Source: the human T2T-CHM13v2.0 reference genome, Homo sapiens
Strand: one strand, 5' to 3'
NCBI RefSeq assembly: GCF_009914755.1
Contig: NC_060928.1
DNA: 64,000 bases
The notes under the pieces are model-generated. The model ran no database searches, was not told the DNA's origin, and saw nothing but the letters and a program-made list of their open reading frames with translations. Both the position numbers and the translations under genes were made by a program. Shown piece after piece: positions 1 through 14,559 of this stretch (its first letter is position 1; each line of letters opens with the position of its first letter).

Positions 1-761
1 GGTGGAATTGAGGCTGGCCTTTCAGGCTGCATTGGAGCTGGGTGAGGTCTGTCACTGCCAGCTTTCCCCAACTTCCCTGGCAACCTGTATAATGCAGCAG
101 AGGCAGCCATAAACCCCCTGGGAACATAACCCCTCAGCCAGAGAATGATACCTCCATCCCCCATAGCAGCTGCAGCAAACCCCACCAAGAAAAGTCTGAG
201 CTTATATACACCTAGCATAACCCTGGCCCCACTGGATGGCCTTTTTACTCACCCTGATAGCTGAAGACAAAGGACATAATTTCGTGGGAACTCTGCAGCC
301 CTGCCCACTGCCTGAGAAACCCAAATTCTTATCCAGGCAATCCTAAGGCAAGCTTGTATTCTCCCTGTACTACCACAGCTGATGCTCTCTGAAAGTGCCA
401 ACTGCTGGCTGTAGGCCAACCACACAAAATCAGCATGCTAAACAAAACTACAACCAAGAACTCTCAAAGAGTTCAATTCACTCCCCTGTTATGTCCACTG
501 GAGCAGGTGCTGGTATTCACGGCTGAGAGGCCTGAAGACAGATCACATCACAGGACTCTGCACACACTCTTCAGTACCAGCCCAGAGCCTGACAGCTCCA
601 CTGGGTGGCTAGACCCAGAAGAGAAATAATAATAATTGCAGGGAGGCCCCATCCCTAGAGGAAGGGGGAGAGCACAACATCAAGGGAGTACCCCATGGGA
701 TAAAAGGATCTGAACTGCAGCCCTTGAACCCCAGATCTTCCCTCTGACACAGTCTATCCAA

Positions 762-1750
762 ATGAGAAGCAACCAGAAAAATAATTTTGATCATATGACA
801 AAACAAGTTGTTTTAACAACCCAGAAGATCACACTAGCTCTCCAGCAATGGATCTAAACCAAGAAGAAATCTCTGAATTGCCAGAAAAAGAATTCAGAAG
901 GCCGATTATTAAGCTAATCAAGGAGGCACCAGAGAAAGGTGAATACCAAATTAAAGAAATAAAAGATATAGTATATGGATAGAAAAATCTCCGAAGAAAT
1001 CAATAGCATAAGTAAAAACAATCACATCTGAAAATGAAGGACACACTTAGAGAAATGCAAAATACACTGAGTAGCCTCAACAATAGAATCAAGCAAGTAG
1101 AAGAAACAACTTTAGAGTTCAATGACAAGGCATTTGAATCAACCCAATCTGACAAAGACAAAGAAAAAAGAATGCCAAAAAATGAGCGAAGTCTCCAAAA
1201 AGTTTGGAATTATGTTAAATGACTAAACCTAAGAATAACTGGTGTTCCTGAGGAAGAAAAGAAATCTTTAAGTTTGGAAAACATATTTGAGGAAGTAATT
1301 GAGGAAAGGTTCCCTGACCTTGCTGGAGATCTAGACCTGCGTATACAAGAAACTCAAAGAACACTAGAGAAATTCATCGAAAAAGATCATCACGTAGGCA
1401 CATTGTCATCAGGTTATCTAAAGTCAAGACAATGGAAAAAAAATTAAGAGTTGTGAGACAAAAGCATCAAGTAACCTATAAAGGAAAACCTATCAGATTA
1501 ACAGCAGATTTCTTAGAACAAACACTACAAGCTAGAAGGGATTGGGGTCCTATCTTTAGGCTTTTTAAACAAAACAATTATGAGCCAATAATTTTGTATC
1601 CAGTGAAATTAAACTTCATAAATGAAGAAAATATAGTCTTTTTCAGACAAGTGAATGCTGAGAGAATTTGCCACTACCAAGCCAGCACTATAAGAACTAC
1701 TTAAAGAAGCTCTAAATATTGAAACAAATGGTCAAAATTAAACCTCCTTA
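762..1750 (+). pseudogene. Decayed L1 ORF1 (RNA-binding protein) relic
   Basis: ATG at 762; broken by stops/frameshifts; ORF1p C-terminal motif 'LQARRDWGPIF'. Confidence 0.8.
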
Positions 1751-1812
1751 AAGCATAAATCTCACAGGACGTATAGAATAAAAACATAATAGAAAATATT
1801 TGGTCAATAAAT

Positions 1813-3510
1813 ATGATGAATAGAATAGTACCTCACTTCTCAATACTAATCTTGAATGTAAATGGCCTAAACGCTCCACTTAAAAGATACAGAATGACAG
1901 AATGGGTAAGAATTAACCAACCAAGTATCTACTGACTTCAGGAGACTCACCTAGTACACAAGAACTCACATAAACTTAAGGTAAAGGGGTGGAAAAAGAT
2001 GTGCCATGCTGCAAATTGACACCAAAAGTGAGCAGAAGTACTTATTCTTATATCAGATAAAACAAACTTTAAAGCAACGGCAGTTCAAAAAGAAAAAGAG
2101 GGACATAATAAAATGATTAAAGGACTAGGTCAACAAGAAAATATCAAAATCCAAATCTATGCACACCTAACACTGGAGCTTCCAAATTTATAAAACTATT
2201 ACTACTAGACTTAAGAAACTAGATAGACAGCAACACAATAATAGTGGGGACTTTAATACTCCACTGACATCATTAGACAGGTCACCAAGACAGAAAGTCA
2301 ACAAAGAAACAATGGACTTAAACTATACCCTAGAACAAATAAAATTAACAGATATTTACAGAACCTTTGACTCAACAGCTGCAGAATATACATTCTGTTC
2401 ATCAGCACATGAAACATTATTTAAGATAAACCATATGATAGGACACAAAACAAGCCTCAAAAAATTTAAGAAAATTGAAATGACATCAATTATTCTCTCA
2501 GACCACAGTGGGATAAAATTGGAAATCAAATCCAAAAGGATCCCTCAGATCCATGCAAATACCTGGAAACTAAATAACCTGCTGCTGAATGATCACTGGG
2601 TCAACAATGAAATCAAGATGGAAATTTAAAAATTCTTTCGACTGAATAATAATAGTGAGACTACCTATCAAAACCTCTGGGATACAGCAAAAGCAGTGCT
2701 GAGAGGAAAGTTCATAGCACTGAATGTCTGCATCAAAAAGTCTGAAAGAGCACAAATAGACAACCTAAAGTCACACCTCAAGGAAGTAGAGAAACAAAAA
2801 CAAACCAAACTCAAATCCAACGAAGAAAAAACAAAGATTAAAGCAGAGCTAAATGAAACTGAAACAAAACAAACAAACAAGAAACTGTACAAAAGATAAG
2901 TGAAACAAAAAGCTGGTTCTTTTAAAAGATAAGTAAAATTGATTGACCATTAGTGAGATTATCCAAGAAAAGAGAGAAGATCCAAATAAGCTCAATTAGA
3001 AATGAAATGGGAGATATTACAACTGATACCACCAAAATACAAAATATCATTCAAGGGTACTATGAAAAGCTGTATGTGCACAAACCAGAAAACCTACAGG
3101 AGATGGATAAATTCCTGGAAATATATAACCTTCTTAGGTTAAACCAGGAAAAACTAAAAACTCTGAACAGACCAATAATGAGTAGTGAGATTGAAATGGT
3201 AATAAAAAAAATGCCAACAAATAAAAGTGTAGGACTAGACAAATTCACAGTTGAATTCTATCAGACATTGAAAGCACTGATACCAATTCTATTGACACTA
3301 TTTCAAAAGACAGATACAGGGGGTATCCTCCCTATCATTTTATGAAGCCAGTATCACCCTAATACCAAAACCAGGACAGGACATAACAAAAATCAATCAA
3401 ACAAACAAACAAACAAAAAGCCTACAGACCAATATCCCTGATAAACATAGATGCAAAAATCCTCAACAAAATACTAGCCAACCAAATCCAAGTATATCAA
3501 AAAGATAATC
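1813..3510 (+). pseudogene. Decayed L1 ORF2 relic (APE endonuclease plus linker)
   Basis: Begins MMNRIVPHFSILILNVNGLNAPLKRYR (L1 EN N-terminus); multiple stops. Confidence 0.85.
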
Positions 3511-3836
3511 TTCTAAAAGATTAATACATTGATATTTTAGATAAAATGATCAAAAACAATAAATAAATTACAATATTAGAAATGGAAAGGAGAGCATCAC
3601 TATAGATTATGTAAGTATTAAAACATAATATGAATATTATTCATAAGTTTATGCCATTTAATTAGAAAAATGTGAACAAAATGGACAAATTCATTGTTGC
3701 TTACCCAAAGTGAATTCAATGATGGTTCCCAACTCATCTTATGAGGCCATTGTCACTGTGATACTGACAAGAGAAAGTATTAAAGAAAAGCAATTCACAA
3801 ATTTTCTTTTGGAATATTGCCTCTTTTTACCCCATT

Positions 3837-4302
3837 GGTGAAGGAGTGATTACTTCCCTAGATTTGTGGGAATGGCCAATACACAACACCCAATATTTGA
3901 ACAGGTAACATTAGCAGCAGTTTGTTGGTCATACATACTGCCCACAGGAGGAGGACATTGCATGCCATGCAGGGACACAAAGATGTTGCACTCAGAAACA
4001 GTGAAAAACTAAGGATTGTGTGAGGCAGACATTATAGTAATGGAAGGTATCCTTGGCTCCTAATGGAGAATATAATTGGATTATTAGAATAATTTCACAT
4101 TTGGGCAGGAAACTGTAACCCACTAGTTAGGGACAATCAAGAACTGTACCTGGTTCATTTGATAGAACATGTTATTTGGCTACAGCAACTTATCTTCAGA
4201 AGCACAGTAGGATGGGAACATTTCAGTTAGGTCACTCACGGCTCTCAAAATTTTACCAAATATTAAGACAGCAGATAATATTGGAGCTTGATTTTAGTTC
4301 TT
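3837..4302 (-). mobile_element. Old ERV-type solo LTR, family unassigned
   Basis: GC-richer ~465 bp block interrupting the L1M; resembles a recalled LTR consensus in reverse orientation. Confidence 0.5.
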
Positions 4303-4794
4303 CCCCTAAAAACACAGACATAAAAAGTTATTAATATAATTTTAGAAAATTATGAGAATAATATATTAAAATATGTAATAATAATATATGTATAAAAACC
4401 CAGCCTGATATGTTTCAATTTATTCCAGCAATGTGAGGCTGGATTACCACCTAGAAATGAATCAATGTAATTTATCATTTTAATGAAATAAAGTGGAAAA
4501 ATACATCATCATTTTAACGGATGTAGAAAAAATTATTTGAAACAATTGTAGAAACTTTCAGGGATGTCAGCAAAAATGATGGAATAAGTATATCCAAGGG
4601 ATTTTTACTTCACTGAAACAGCAAAATTATGAGGAAAAAAACTGTCAAAATCCACCTAGTTAAAATTCTAGAAAATAGTCAAAGGTTTATGGCAACCAAT
4701 CAAACACAGTATCAAGATAGAGGCAAAATGATAAGTGAATTTGAAGCATTTTACTTGCCCTTGCCTTACCTCCTTCCCTGGTTTGACAGCATTC

Positions 4795-5094
<300 letters not shown>

Positions 5095-6386
5095 GGACAG
5101 CATTCTCAAAGACAATAGCCTGCATTCCCTGTGTGGAACCCTAATTTGTGGTTCTGGAATGAGCAAAGCAGACCTTCTTCTCAACAACTGTGTTTGTTTT
5201 GACCTGTCTAAAGGCTAACTAAAAAGCTAACGCAAGGTACTTGCCTTTCTTTTGCCTAACTTGAAAATCTCTCGTGGTGGAAAAGTGGCATACTTCATAA
5301 ATATTGAAAGGCAAATGGCCAAACCACTGCCTCTAGAAACAAAAGATTGCAATTGAGACAAACAATAAACACACAGAAATCCTGGGAGAAAATTCTTGAC
5401 AGAATTAGAGCATTGAAAAATACCGTGAAAGCTGGGTATTTTAAAAAGCTACATGAATGCCCAGGGTATGATGTATGCTCAAAAAATGATATGATAGAAT
5501 CTAAGCTTCTAACTCTGCTTTTTAGGCTCTTTGCAGGCAGAAAGTGAAAGCAGAGGCAAGATTGCCTGGCTGGCTAAATAATGAAGAAGTGCCTGATACC
5601 TAGCTAATCTGCAAATACAAGAAGAGTCGTTTTCCTTTCTCTTGTTTTTTCTTCTACAAGTATTCAAAAAGAAAATTGCAGTCAAAACACAAAACAGTAG
5701 GTGACCACAAACTTTAGGAACAAATTTCAGACATCACAAAAAGTCACTGAGCAAACAACTGCAACATATAGCAAACAACAAAGATAAACCTTAAGAAGGA
5801 AAAAATCTTATTTCCAGAGTTATCACATCATATTATTCAAAATGTTTATGTTTTAACAAGAGATTACAAAGCATGAAAAAAAAGTACATATGACCTATTT
5901 GCAAGATAACCAAAACTGTCTCTTGAAGCACAGAAAATAAAATTAAATAAAAATTCTCAAGGTAAAAATTACAATAACTGAAACAAAAAATTGACTAGAG
6001 AGTTTCAACACATTTGAACTGGAGAAGAAAGCCTTAGTGAACTGAATATTGGTTAATGGAAGTTATCCAGTCTTAGGAGCAGAAAGTAAAGTGAACAAGT
6101 AAAATGATCAAAGCCTAAGGAACCAGTGGGATGCCATTGAATGAGCTAATGTACATAATGTGAGTTCTGGTAGGATGGTATAGAAAGAAATGAACATAAG
6201 ATGTGTTAAGAAATAATGGCTGAATTGTCTTTCAAATTTGATACATGAATGCACACATCTATGGAGTTCAGCAAACTCCAACTAGGATAAACATGAAGGA
6301 ATCTGGTAGATTATAATCAAACTATCAAAATTTAAGGACAAATAGGGAATCCAGAAAGCAGCAAGAAAGAAGTGAATTCTAAGGCA

Positions 6387-6681
6387 AAGTAGTTTCCTTT
6401 TACCTGTGGTTTTGCTTACTGCAATTTTAGTTACCAAGTGTTACTCATGGGTCAAAAATATTGATTGGAAAATTCTAGAAACAATTTATAAGTTTTAAAT
6501 TATGTAATATTCTGAGTGCCATGATAAAATCTCACATTGCCCTGCTCTGTTTAGCACAGGATGTGAATAATCCCTTTTCCCAGCATAGTATACACTTCCT
6601 ACCCTTTAGTTGCTTACTAGCCATCTCAGTTATCATGTCAAAAATATGATACAGGTATCTCTGGATAAGGAGAGACTATTG
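6387..6681. mobile_element. MER44-like (TcMar-Tigger) non-autonomous DNA transposon
   Basis: Degenerate TIRs (agtagtttcctttta... / ...ggataaggagagactattg) and internal 'aaaatattgattggaaaattctagaaa...aagttttaaatt'. Confidence 0.75.
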
Positions 6682-7718
6682 TACAAGAATCTTCAAGATT
6701 AACAGCCTATTTCGGATACAAATCTATGGAAGCCAGAAATGAATGCAATGACAGTTTTGTAGTGCTGAAAGAAACTATAGTACCTAGGTTAATATAAAAG
6801 TATTAATGAATTTTAGTTTATACCTCCAGTGTTTTCTTATATGATTTTAAAAATGGATAAAAAATAGTGATAATTATGTGAATGTGCACACAATTTATAA
6901 AGATGTAATCTGTGACAATAGCAACTTAAAAGGGAGGGATAGAGCTGTATAAGAGCAGAATTTATATGGTAAAACTGAGATGCTATTAGTTCAGGGTAAC
7001 TGCTAAGAAAATAACAAAATCCAGAAAAAAATGAAAAAGGAATTAAACTGATAAACCATAAAAAATCACTTAAACACAAAAGAAGGTAGTCATGACAGAA
7101 GGGAAGGAACAAAAAAGATATGTGATACAGAAAGCAAATATTTTGTAGCATATTGTAGCAATATGATATTTTGCTATTCTGATAACATTAGTTATTTTAA
7201 ATGTAAATAACTCCATTTACATTTAAGTAGATTTACTCTCCAATTTAAAAACATACATTGGAATAATTTGTCAAAAAACACCATCAACTATGCTGTCTAT
7301 AAGAGCTCACTTTATACCAAGGACCTAAAGTTTGAAAATAAAAGGATTAAAAATAATATAACATGCAAATGCTAATCCAGAGGCCGTTGGTATGGCTATA
7401 GTAATATCAGAACAAAAATAAGATTGAGAATAGGATATGCCAGCTTAATAGATAGGGAGTTTTCTTTTGTGATGATGAAAATGCTTTGGAACTTGGTAGA
7501 GGTGATGGTTGTACAACATTGTAAAGGTAGTATACATTTAAAAATGATTACTTTCATGTTATATGGGCTTCATTTTAATATAATGAAAAAAATAAACAGA
7601 ACCTCTAAAAAATTGGAAGAGAGACAACATCCTCAATCTGATTAAGCAAATAAAAAATAAAACTATAACCAACATACTACGGAATGCAGAAACACTCAGT
7701 GCTTTCTTTGTAAAATAA

Positions 7719-8028
<310 letters not shown>

Positions 8029-9351
8029 AAGATTTCCATTCTTACCACTTCCATCCAACATTGTATTCATGGTCTTAATACATGAATACAGATAAGAAAA
8101 TAGAGATAAAGACACACCAATTTGAAATAAAAAAGTAAAACTTTTTTTTGCAGATGAAATAATTATGTAGATTTCTAGAGTCTAAAAAAATTCTAGAGGT
8201 AATGAGTGAATTTGCAAGTATATATGCAATTTTATTTCTATATACAAGCAACAAAGAAGTATGTAATAAAATTCTACTAATTGCTTTTATAACACATAAA
8301 AAAGAATAGATTTAACAAAAGAAATATAATGCTTATATATTAAAAACTACAAAATATTATAAATGCTATTTATATTCAACCTAAAGATATACATTATTCA
8401 TAGGTTGGAAATCCTAATATTAATCAGATGAAGTTTCATACAAACCACTCAAAGAATTTCAATAGAAATCTTAGCAGGCATTTTTGATGAAATAGGCATG
8501 TGGATCATAAAATCTGTAAGGTAGAGCAGAGTTCTTAAAATAGCAAAGAAATTTGCATTAAAACTTTTATTACCTCACATTTCAGCTCTACCATAAAGTT
8601 TCAGTTATCACAATAGTGTGACATTAGTATAAAGATAGAAATATTACAAAATGAAGCATAACAGAAAACCAAGAAATAGATGTACACTTTTATAGTCAAT
8701 ATTTGACAAAGGCTCAAAAGTAATTCAATGGAAAGAAAGATATATTCAACAAACTCTGCTGGAGGAATAGAATATTTATGTGAAATTAGTAAACTTCTAT
8801 CATTATCTCATGCCATGCACACAAATTAATTTTAAAAATTACAAAAATGTAAACGTGTTGAAAGTATACAACATTTATGATAAAACCAGGAGAAAATCTT
8901 GGTGATGTTGGATTAGGCAAAGATTTATTAAAAGATAAAAACATAAAGTATTTACAAAACACTTAAAATGGAATTTCTCAAAAACAGAACCTTATGCTCT
9001 TTACATAAAGTGATTTTGAAAATTCAAGTTTCATACTAGTAGAAAATATTTTCAAAACATATAGCTGACAAAGTTGTCATATGAGAATATAAAAGAGGAC
9101 TTAGAATTCAATAAGAAGACCATTAACTTTACAAAAAAATGGCAAAATATGTGAACAGCCTTTCCACAAAAGAAAATGCATGAATAGCCAATAAAAACAT
9201 GAAAAGATCATGTAATCAAGATTGATAGTCATCAAGGTAATACAAATGAAAGCCACAATAATATTCTACTATATTGTCACTAGAATGGCTAAAAGTAAAT
9301 AGGTTTGATATACAGTTCCTTTGGAAAACAGTATGGCTGTATCTTATAAAG

Positions 9352-10194
<843 letters not shown>

Positions 10195-10388
10195 TTAAAT
10201 ATATGCTTATCATATGGCCTAGAAATCTCAGAGTTGATCCAAGAGAAATAAAGATCTGTTTCCAGAGAAAAATCTGTAAAAAAGAATATGTATCATAGTA
10301 TTTTTCTTAATAGCCCAAATTTGAGAAAACTCAAACGTCCATAAATTGACGAATGGAAAAATGGTATTATATCTATACTATGTTTTTC

Positions 10389-10554
10389 TGCTTTGTTAAA
10401 TTGCCAAGCACTATACTAGTGCTTAGCAATTATAAACAGAGTATAGATAAATAATTATAGATAAAATAAATTTGATTATATGTTTTGTTTTTATTAATAT
10501 TCTACTTTGTAGTTTATTGCTAAAGTACTACTAGTGCTTAGAAATTTAACAGCA
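10389..10554. repeat. Imperfect ~165-bp inverted repeat with nested inner hairpins
   Basis: Left arm tgctttgttaaattgccaagcactatactagtgcttagcaat aligns to reverse complement of right arm (tgctgttaaatttctaagcactagtagtactttagcaat). Confidence 0.8.
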
Positions 10555-11694
10555 TATTATTGTAAGTGGAACCCATATTTTTTAATATTATATTTTAACA
10601 CTTTATAATATTAAATATTAATATAATTAAAATATTATGTTAAGTGGAACACAAAATACTACATATAATATCATTCGATGCATATGAAAATCTAGAAAAA
10701 TAAAAATTCAGTGATAGAAAGTAGATTGTAGTTGCCAGATTCAGAAGTCAAGGGCCGGGCTCCTCTCTAAAAGCATATGATTGTATTTCTAAAAATTGAT
10801 GGAAAGGTTCTATATCAAGTTTATCAAATTGTGCATTTAAATTGGTGAATATCTTAATGTAAATTACATATCAATAAAGCTGGGGGAAAACATAACCAGC
10901 TATTCACCTGAATGTAAGCACAATGTAGACAAGAAATAGGTCTAATTTAAATCTGAATTCCTCCATTGTGCCTGGCACGTATTAGGTAATTAATAAATGT
11001 TAGCTAAATGTCGAAAAAATAACCATGAGTTGCATTATTTCCCATTCATATAAAACATATACTCTTAATTTATTTTACATGTATACTTTATTTTATATCT
11101 GTAATTTAATTTATAGGTATACTTTTGTGGACTTTTGAAGTCTATTTGAGATCATATATTTAAGATCAAGTAAGATTTTATATTCCATTAAAAAATGTAA
11201 AATTTGTTATATAATTTAATAATACTTGATTTTTTGGTAGTTTTTCATTTTAATATTTTGCATATGATTATTCTAAAATCCATGGCTTACTGATTTGTCA
11301 ATGAAAGACAGGAAACAAAAACCAGTCACTGAAATCGTGGTGGGGAAACACTGATATAACAGCAATCAACTTTTTTTTTCTGTGTTTATGTTTTCCCTCT
11401 TCTGCATGTTTCTTGATTTTTTTTCAGGAATATTTCTTTTCCGCAACCATAATAAATTACAAACAAATATTCAAAGAAAACATAAACATAAGCATAACAG
11501 AAAAGCTAGCTGGCAAAGGCAATATTTCACCATTAAGTGCCTGAAATAGGAGAGGAAAAAGAGAAGCAAAGTGATTGAATATACTGATTGAAGAGAGAGG
11601 TGTTAGTATAAGGGAGGAGGTCATCACATAGGGCTTTGGAGCAAGGTGAAATGGACTCTGAGGATAAACTACCACTGAGCATGCATGCACTTTT

Positions 11695-12030
11695 CTATGG
11701 TCTGAATGTGTGTTTCCCCAAAATGCACATACTGAAATCCTATCCCGCAAGGGATGGTATTAGACAGTAAGGCCTTTGGGAGGTGATTGGTCATGACTGG
11801 CAAAGCCCTCATGAATGGGATTTGTGTCCTTATGAAGAGATCCAAGTGAGACCCCCTTCCTCCTTCCACCATGTGAGGATACAGTGAGACGACACCATCT
11901 ATAAAAAAGTGGGCCCTCACCCGGGGCCTTGATCATGGACTTCCAAGCCTCTAGAACTATGAGAAATAAATTTCTGCTGCTTATAAGGCATATAGTTTAT
12001 CATATTTTGTTATGGCATCCTGAAAAGTCA
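11695..12030 (+). mobile_element. MaLR LTR (MLT1A-like), solo
   Basis: 'ctatggtctgaatgtgtgtttcccc...gggaggtgatt...agaactatgagaaataaatttctg...ttttgttatggca'. Confidence 0.85.
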
Positions 12031-13273
12031 CCCTTCTTGCTTTTACCTCTGGTCAGCCTGACGTATAACAGCTCGAAACATTTATAAGCATTACCCCTTC
12101 CCTGACACAAACCAATGGAAAACAGGGGCTTTGGACACTCTGTTTGTAGTGGCAGCCTGAAGGGAAACTCTTATCCACTGACAAAGGAGGAATTCAACAT
12201 AACTGGGGGAGGAATTTCTCACGAACATGGGCAGTGTATGCTGTATGTGACTGTTATTCTTCTTAGATAAAAGGAGAAGAGCCTCTCCAGCCTAATCAGA
12301 TCCACTTAATGTCATTTTCCAGAAAGAATGAGAATCCTCCTCAAGGAGGCAAGAAGAAATAGTCTGCTTGACATCCAGATGCCTCATTACAATGAATCAA
12401 CACTAGTCATATTGTAACTTTATCAGGAGAAAAAAAAATATCTTTCCCATTATATCCGTATGGAACTCAGAAATTTCTTGGCTGTGTAAATTAATTTTTG
12501 AACATTTCAGTTTTTTCAGTGGTAATTTGGCAGAGTTAGCAACCTCTGCTAACTAAGTCATTGCTCAAAAAGAACAGTTCATCTCTGTTGGGTTGTGCAT
12601 CATTTTGGTCTGTATGCCACTCTTGTTTCTCTGCTTTCCACTTTTATGCCTTAGAATTCAGCTGTGTGTTGGTGCATCCTGATAGTATTTCTTTTGCTTT
12701 CATTTAAAATGAAAAGCACCAGCTGTTCGGATGTCTTATTGTACATCTGTCTTCTCTGTCTGCTCTGCTTTCTAAATTCACAATTCTGTCAGCATCATTA
12801 CTATTCTTTCCATTTACTCTGGGTCATAATTTTAGCGTTAGTTTGACTTCTATCACTGTTTTATCTCCCATCAGTCACCTTGTTTATCAACTTTTCTCTG
12901 TTAATTGAGTTTCAGGTTTTCATCTTTTATATTTGTCTACCACAGACTATTCTCCAATCTCTCTTTTTTTGTATTTATCAGACAACTTAATACTCTCCAA
13001 ACATTGCTTTTAGCATTTTGTTCTCTTGGTTAAAACCTCTTGCTGCTTCTGCATTGCCTAGTATATCAAATCCAAATGACTCAAATTCTCACCTAAGGCT
13101 TCTTATAACCTGAAATTCTCACAGTGATCCTCTCCTCTACCTTTCAATGCTCATATCTGCTTGTGTATCTAAATGTATAGTCCTTTTTAGATTCTGTGAA
13201 GTCTTATCCAGGAGAAATGAGTCAACTAATCACATGCATATTTAAGCCACACATTTTTTTTCACAAAGACATA

Positions 13274-13835
13274 CAGTCAATTCTCATTATTTGCAGTAGT
13301 CATGTTCTATAAAGTTGCTGTGAACGTTGAATTACTGATTACTTCACTCTTACTCCTAAGGGAAACTATATAGCTATACATTTATCTACCTATATCTGTG
13401 TCTGTGTCTACACACAGACATGCCCGTACAAATCACCTATAAAGTATAATCTTAATTTCTAGGAAAAAAACTCATCCTGGTAGATTCTGCATTCTTTATA
13501 AAAGATAAAATTAGAATCAAAAGTATTAAGTGGCTTGTCTGAAGTACCCCACTGTAGGTGTCAGAGTTGAGATTCAAACCCTGTCCAATTGTCTTCAGAG
13601 CTGGAGCTTCTTGCACTACATTGCACTGCCTCCTACCATCTCCATCTTCTGGTAACCTCCGTATGAGATCTTAGACAAATTGCCTTGTTTGACTTAACTG
13701 CTAACATGCTCCTAGGCTCACTTAAACTTTGCTACTCCATGAATGTCTGCAAATGACCATGAAAGCACTGTATTGATTTGGGGATTACAAAAAAACTTTA
13801 TACAGGAAGAACCCACTAATAATAAAGATCCACTG
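13274..13835. mobile_element. MER82-like (TcMar-Tigger) DNA transposon
   Basis: TIRs cagtcaattctcattatt / aataataaagatccactg, flanked by TA on both sides. Confidence 0.8.
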
Positions 13836-14189
13836 TAAACTGTATATGCCTCTTCTGGGAGCTCCTAATTTAATATCTGCATCAGCAGCAAAAAAATTAT
13901 GCATTTTCAGTAATTTCATTGTGCTTCATGTGGCAATTTACTATATGAACAATGTAAGTGTGTGTGTACGGATAAGGGTACAACACTTGTCTTTATTAAA
14001 CAGTTACTACATAGCCAGCTAGATTGCTGTAGAAATTTCACCCAGTGCTCATTCAGCAGACATCAATATGAAATGTAAGTACCAATGTTTGTATAGAATG
14101 TATAAGACTATTTTTAGTCTTATAACTCAATATTTAGAATTTTGGGGATGTTTTTGTTGAAAATCTTTGTAGATGTATATTATATTTGT

Positions 14190-14400
14190 GCTGATAATTA
14201 TAATGATGTCTAATGTTTATTGAATATCAACTACACCATAGGCCCTATGCTCAGCACTTCACATACACTAGCTTTCTTAGCATTTACATCAATATGCCCT
14301 GTGTTCTCTCATTTTTTACATGTCAAACAACTTGGCCGTGGCAAAGCAAGCATTATAATCAGGTTTTTCTGATTATGGAATTTGAGCTTAGAATCTCCTT
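14190..14400 (-). mobile_element. MIR fragment
   Basis: 'taatgtttattgaatatcaactacaccataggccctatgctcagcacttcacatac' MIR 3' signature. Confidence 0.6.
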
Positions 14401-14559
14401 GTACGTGGATAGCTCCACATTCTTAGCCAATCATTTCTATAAAATTAGAGAATATTCTGTTAAATTATTTTTCTTAATATGAAGAAGACTTCCAAATCTT
14501 AAAAAAAAATTAGTTAGTATTGGTTGAACAAAACAAAATCGAAAGCCTCAGAAAGGACA

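Larger units (their letters stand above)
1..3510 (+). mobile_element. LINE-1 (L1PB-like): 5'UTR, ORF1 and 5' half of ORF2; 3'-truncated, 5' end may lie upstream of the window
   Basis: ORF track gives ORF1p-like pieces (1034-1222; 1432-1704 'QVTYKGKPIRLTADF') and ORF2p endonuclease/linker pieces (2312-3345 'SDHSGIKLEI', 'LRGKFIALN'). Similarity stops near 3510 before the RT core. Subfamily from recalled 5'UTR. Confidence 0.9.
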
